DNA of 64,000 nt. It comes from Squalus acanthias (lineage: Eukaryota). Under the pieces are notes generated by a model. That model saw only the letters and a list, made by a program, of their open reading frames with translations, did not search any database and was not told the DNA's origin. A program made the translations under genes and the position numbers. The number at the start of each line of letters is the position of its first letter. Within the stretch, counting starts at the first letter, position 1. The DNA lies in assembly GCA_030390025.1 (NCBI GenBank), contig CM059432.1, positions 80,850,001 through 80,914,000 on the forward strand, in the 5' to 3' direction. This document shows, one piece after another, positions 60,441-64,000 of this stretch.

Positions 60441-61099
60441 TGTTTAAATAGATGGGTGAAGCTTGCATAACTTTCAAATGAGGGCTTCCACCTTCCAACA
60501 GAGCCTGAAATTGAGGCATAACAGACACAAATTGTCTCAACGTTAACACTTATCTTTGTAGCTGAGTGATTGAATGGCTTTGTGTGCCAAATCTAAACAA
60601 AGTCAAATTAAATCATCTTGTACAATACAGAATAGTCTTGTAAAATGTCCAGTCTGCAGTAAGTCCAGCAGTTGGAGATATGGGCATGTTCATGGTGAAG
60701 CTGTGTGTGGGTTAACTGGTGGGTTTGCTGTGCAATGTCTCCTAATCTTTCTCGGAAATTAACTGGAGGTCAGTAATGATGATAATTAGCGCTCACCTCT
60801 CCTTCGGATATAGTGAGTAATATTTTTTTGTTTTTTATTTCTTGGCTGTCCCTTGACCCAAATTCCACGGGTTTCCTGATTTAATTCACAACTGCCACAT
60901 GTTTTCTGGGTGAATTTCTTTTGACAAATTTCTAGCCTTGGGGCTGCAGCTTAGCTTTGTTAGAGTTGACTGGTGCACTTCATGAACCGTTTTGTATTTT
61001 AGCTACACTAAGGATAATTGTTGACCAAAATGTAAATATTGGTGATGCCTGAAAGCGAGGGAAACCTTAAAACTACAGGACTGAGAGACAATACATTTA

Positions 61100-61850
61100 G
61101 GGGGAGAAATTCAGTTGGTTAGTGCCTGGGGGGGACACTAAGGGGTTAGTGACCGGGTGCGGCGAATGCAGCAATGCCCGCGAACTTCAGTGCCGGTTTA
61201 GCGCTAGCGCTAACTCTTAGCACCTGGGCCTCTAGCGCCTCGCAGATCGTGATGTAATAAAGTGCGCAGCGCCTCGTTATCGCCCCAGATGTGAAATTGC
61301 CTCCTGCCCCCTGCTGTATCGCTGGGCGGGAACAACGGCAGGAAGAGGAGGCATTGTCAACTCAGCTGGCCGCTTGGGGAGCGCTAATTAAAGGGAATGG
61401 TTTTCAGGTAGGCCAAACTTTATTATTTGCACCAGTCTGGTGTCTACTCAAAGTTTTTGATGTTTCATTGCTGCAAGATGTCCAAGACCTCCACTTTGTG
61501 AGAGTGCTTGGGGCTATAATGACAGTCGCGCAGGTCGCCTTGCAATGCAGAACTGCCGACAAGTAGGTTGTGCACCATCATTGGTCCTTCCCTTTAAGTG
61601 AGGGAAGCAGCCTCTGATGCCGTTAGCAATGCGCTCCAACTTGTTCAGTGCTCTGCCGCTACTGCCCCGCTCTCGGACTTTAGCGCCCTAAGAAAAGTGG
61701 TTAGCGCTTGATTTAGCGCTCCACTTCCCTCTTGGAGTCCTAAAGCTGAATTTCCCGGCAGGAGAGAATCATTAGCGCCTGGTGCTACTTTTTCTACTTT
61801 TCAAAAGCTAGTGCCCCAACAGGGGCGCTACGCTACGGAATTTCTAGCCC
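61100..61850. mobile_element. Harbinger MITE (751 bp)
   Basis: TIRs GGGGGAGAAATT / AATTTCTAGCCC, canonical TSD TTA. Right arm matches 920-1097. Confidence 0.9.
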
Positions 61851-62885
61851 TTAGTGCTTTTAAAGTACTTATCAAATCCAAGTTCTTGCTGAGTAAATCT
61901 GCGTTCATCCTTCTGTTAAATTCAAATGTGTTCCAAAATCTGAGGAATGGAGCCTCATTTAAATATTATAATCACAGAACCGCAAATTACTCAGACGCTG
62001 TGGTTAAACCGGAAATAGGCCCGTTCACGGCAGGTTGGGGTTGAGTTTCATATTTTTACCGATTTTTAAACTTCCCCCCGACTCTCTCCCGCCCATCATG
62101 GGAAGGTAAAAATTACCCCACCCCCTCCCCGGGTGTTTGTGAAGTATTTTCAATTAAAGTATTTAATATGTTTTAAACTCAAAATGTAGCCACTACAGTG
62201 TTAAACATTAGGGTAGGTGATGTGGAGTTGCAAGGTTGGAAAATTGGTTAAACAAATTACTAAACAAGAAAATCAATAAAATGGAAAGAAAAATCTTCTT
62301 GTGACATGCCTTTAATTTAGTTTGCGTTAAAGCTTGTCCAATGTTTTCCTTTGTGCATTTTTAGTAGTTCCATTGCTTTCCCGTGGCAATGCCTTTGTTT
62401 CAGTCCCATAGGATTAGTAACTAGTATACACGGAGTAGAATATGAATGTATTTCTAGATAACTGTATTACCATGGGTTTCTTGGAATAGATAATGCAAAC
62501 ATCCTGCAGTTACTGGGCAGCAGTCTATCATTTTTGTGCTGCATAGAATGTATTAATGCCACATTGTGTGCTACTTATTTTGTGTCACTGGTAAAATAAA
62601 GTGCTACTTTTCGACCATTGTTAACAGCAATGTATTTTAGTGCTCAGAGTGACAGGGGCAGGAAGATCACTTTTTTTGAGTTGTCTCACAACTAGCTGGA
62701 TCCTGTTTTAAAAAAATTCTGCATAGACCTTGGCACAGTGGCACTAAGAAGGCTGCATCAATATTTTTTCATGTTTTAAACAAAGTAGTTCTACCTAACT
62801 ATATTTGTGTTCTCCAATGGGGTAAGGTTGAAACCATATTTGATGCAAACCTTTTTGAGCATCCATTCAGTATTTCATTACTAAA

Positions 62886-63533
62886 GGGGAATATTAACTC
62901 CTGGGCGGCAAGCTGCCAGTACGCTCACTTGGGAGATATTGGGGCTGAAGTTCAACTTGCCAGGGGTGGAAAAACAGGTGGTAGCAGTTTGGCTGCCCAT
63001 TATACATCTGACCAATTTTCCTTTCCATTAACTTCATGAAAAGAAAAATTGGGTGGGGTGTCACTACTGGCTGTTTTGCACCCCCGCAGAAACTGAATTT
63101 CACCTCCATTAACTGCTGGGCCTCGTTTACGTCCCACTGGCCAGCTTCCCGCCCAAAATTGTCGTAAAGAGAAAGCTGGAAAGCACTCCGGTAAGTTAAT
63201 GGGGGGAGGGGTTGGTAGGGTTTTACAGGTGGGAATTGGGGAGCCTGTGGCAGCAGAGACCCAGATCTTTTACAGCCTTCACTTCTTCCCCGACAGGTTT
63301 TACTGAGCCGGAGGCCTGCTTAGTAGGCCGTTAAAATAGCTATGTACATCATAGGACTCTGATTAGCATATATTAATGAGATTCCTGCCTGTGTCAGTTG
63401 GCTGCTCAGTTGCCGGCAAAAACAGCAGTTTCAATTTGCTGTGGGGCAGAAATGGGAGCGGCAAATCGAGCTGCTCCATTTTAACTCCTGTTCTGCCCAG
63501 TCTCCGCCGGGTAGAGGGGGTTAAAATTACCCC
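62886..63533. mobile_element. Harbinger-like MITE
   Basis: Ends GGGGAATATTAACTCC / GGGGTTAAAATTACCCC. Confidence 0.6.
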
Positions 63534-64000
63534 TCGAGTGTTAAGTAAAAATGGAACTTGGTGCTATTTCAGTGAATAGTTCAGAGTATATTTGCTCATA
63601 AAATTAGAAAATTGAAAACTTTAGAGCCATAGCATTGTAATGAGCTGGTAGATCTCAGCAATTCAAGAAGTATTAAAATACTATAGATATATGGATATAA
63701 TATATCTACTTGGTAATTTTTTTATTTAATCTAATTTTGGAATTCTTGGCACTTTTATGAATTGATTATTAATAATTTACTAAAGTGGAGAGAATTATCT
63801 GATATTTTCTTGACTGTCAATATCTGTTTTCCAGAAAATGTTGATCTGAACATTTGGGTCCATCTGTATGAATATTGTACATTTTTAGTTCAGCTAATAT
63901 TTTACTTACAGTATTCATTCATACATCAATGCATTCGCTTAATTTTGGTGGCTGAAAGCTGTGCTTATTTATAATGTAGTGGAAGGTAATATACAAAGTA

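Larger units (their letters stand above)
13440..64000 (+). other. C8orf34: Large intron of C8orf34 (extends beyond the window)
   Basis: I did not find the expected next exon ([22 protein letters not shown]-like) in the window by eye. Confidence 0.65.

Overview
Eukaryotic, repeat-dense vertebrate DNA. The repeat families (CR1, L2, Deu-type SINE, Penelope, PIF/Harbinger) point to a cartilaginous fish, probably a shark (inference). The only host coding sequence I recognise is the first coding exon of C8orf34 (13374-13439, +, [22 protein letters not shown]). A CpG-rich promoter precedes it, and everything downstream appears to be its large first intron. The rest is nested mobile DNA: canonical CR1 LINEs; Penelope-like elements carrying minimal hammerhead ribozyme cores; an 8.4 kb PIF/Harbinger transposon (transposase plus spliced Myb/SANT gene) interrupted by nested CR1s; a second Harbinger with two intact Myb exons; and many Harbinger-derived MITEs. 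The most unusual signal is a single-ORF APE-RT LINE family with three long copies. Once nested insertions are removed, one copy begins with a tRNA-derived A-box/B-box head. The family has no ORF1, no TTTT run on the sense strand over about 3 kb in the two best copies, and no methionine in its endonuclease domain. Together these suggest a Pol III-transcribed, non-AUG-initiated autonomous retrotransposon (hypothesis). All calls come from manual reading, and many repeat boundaries are approximate.
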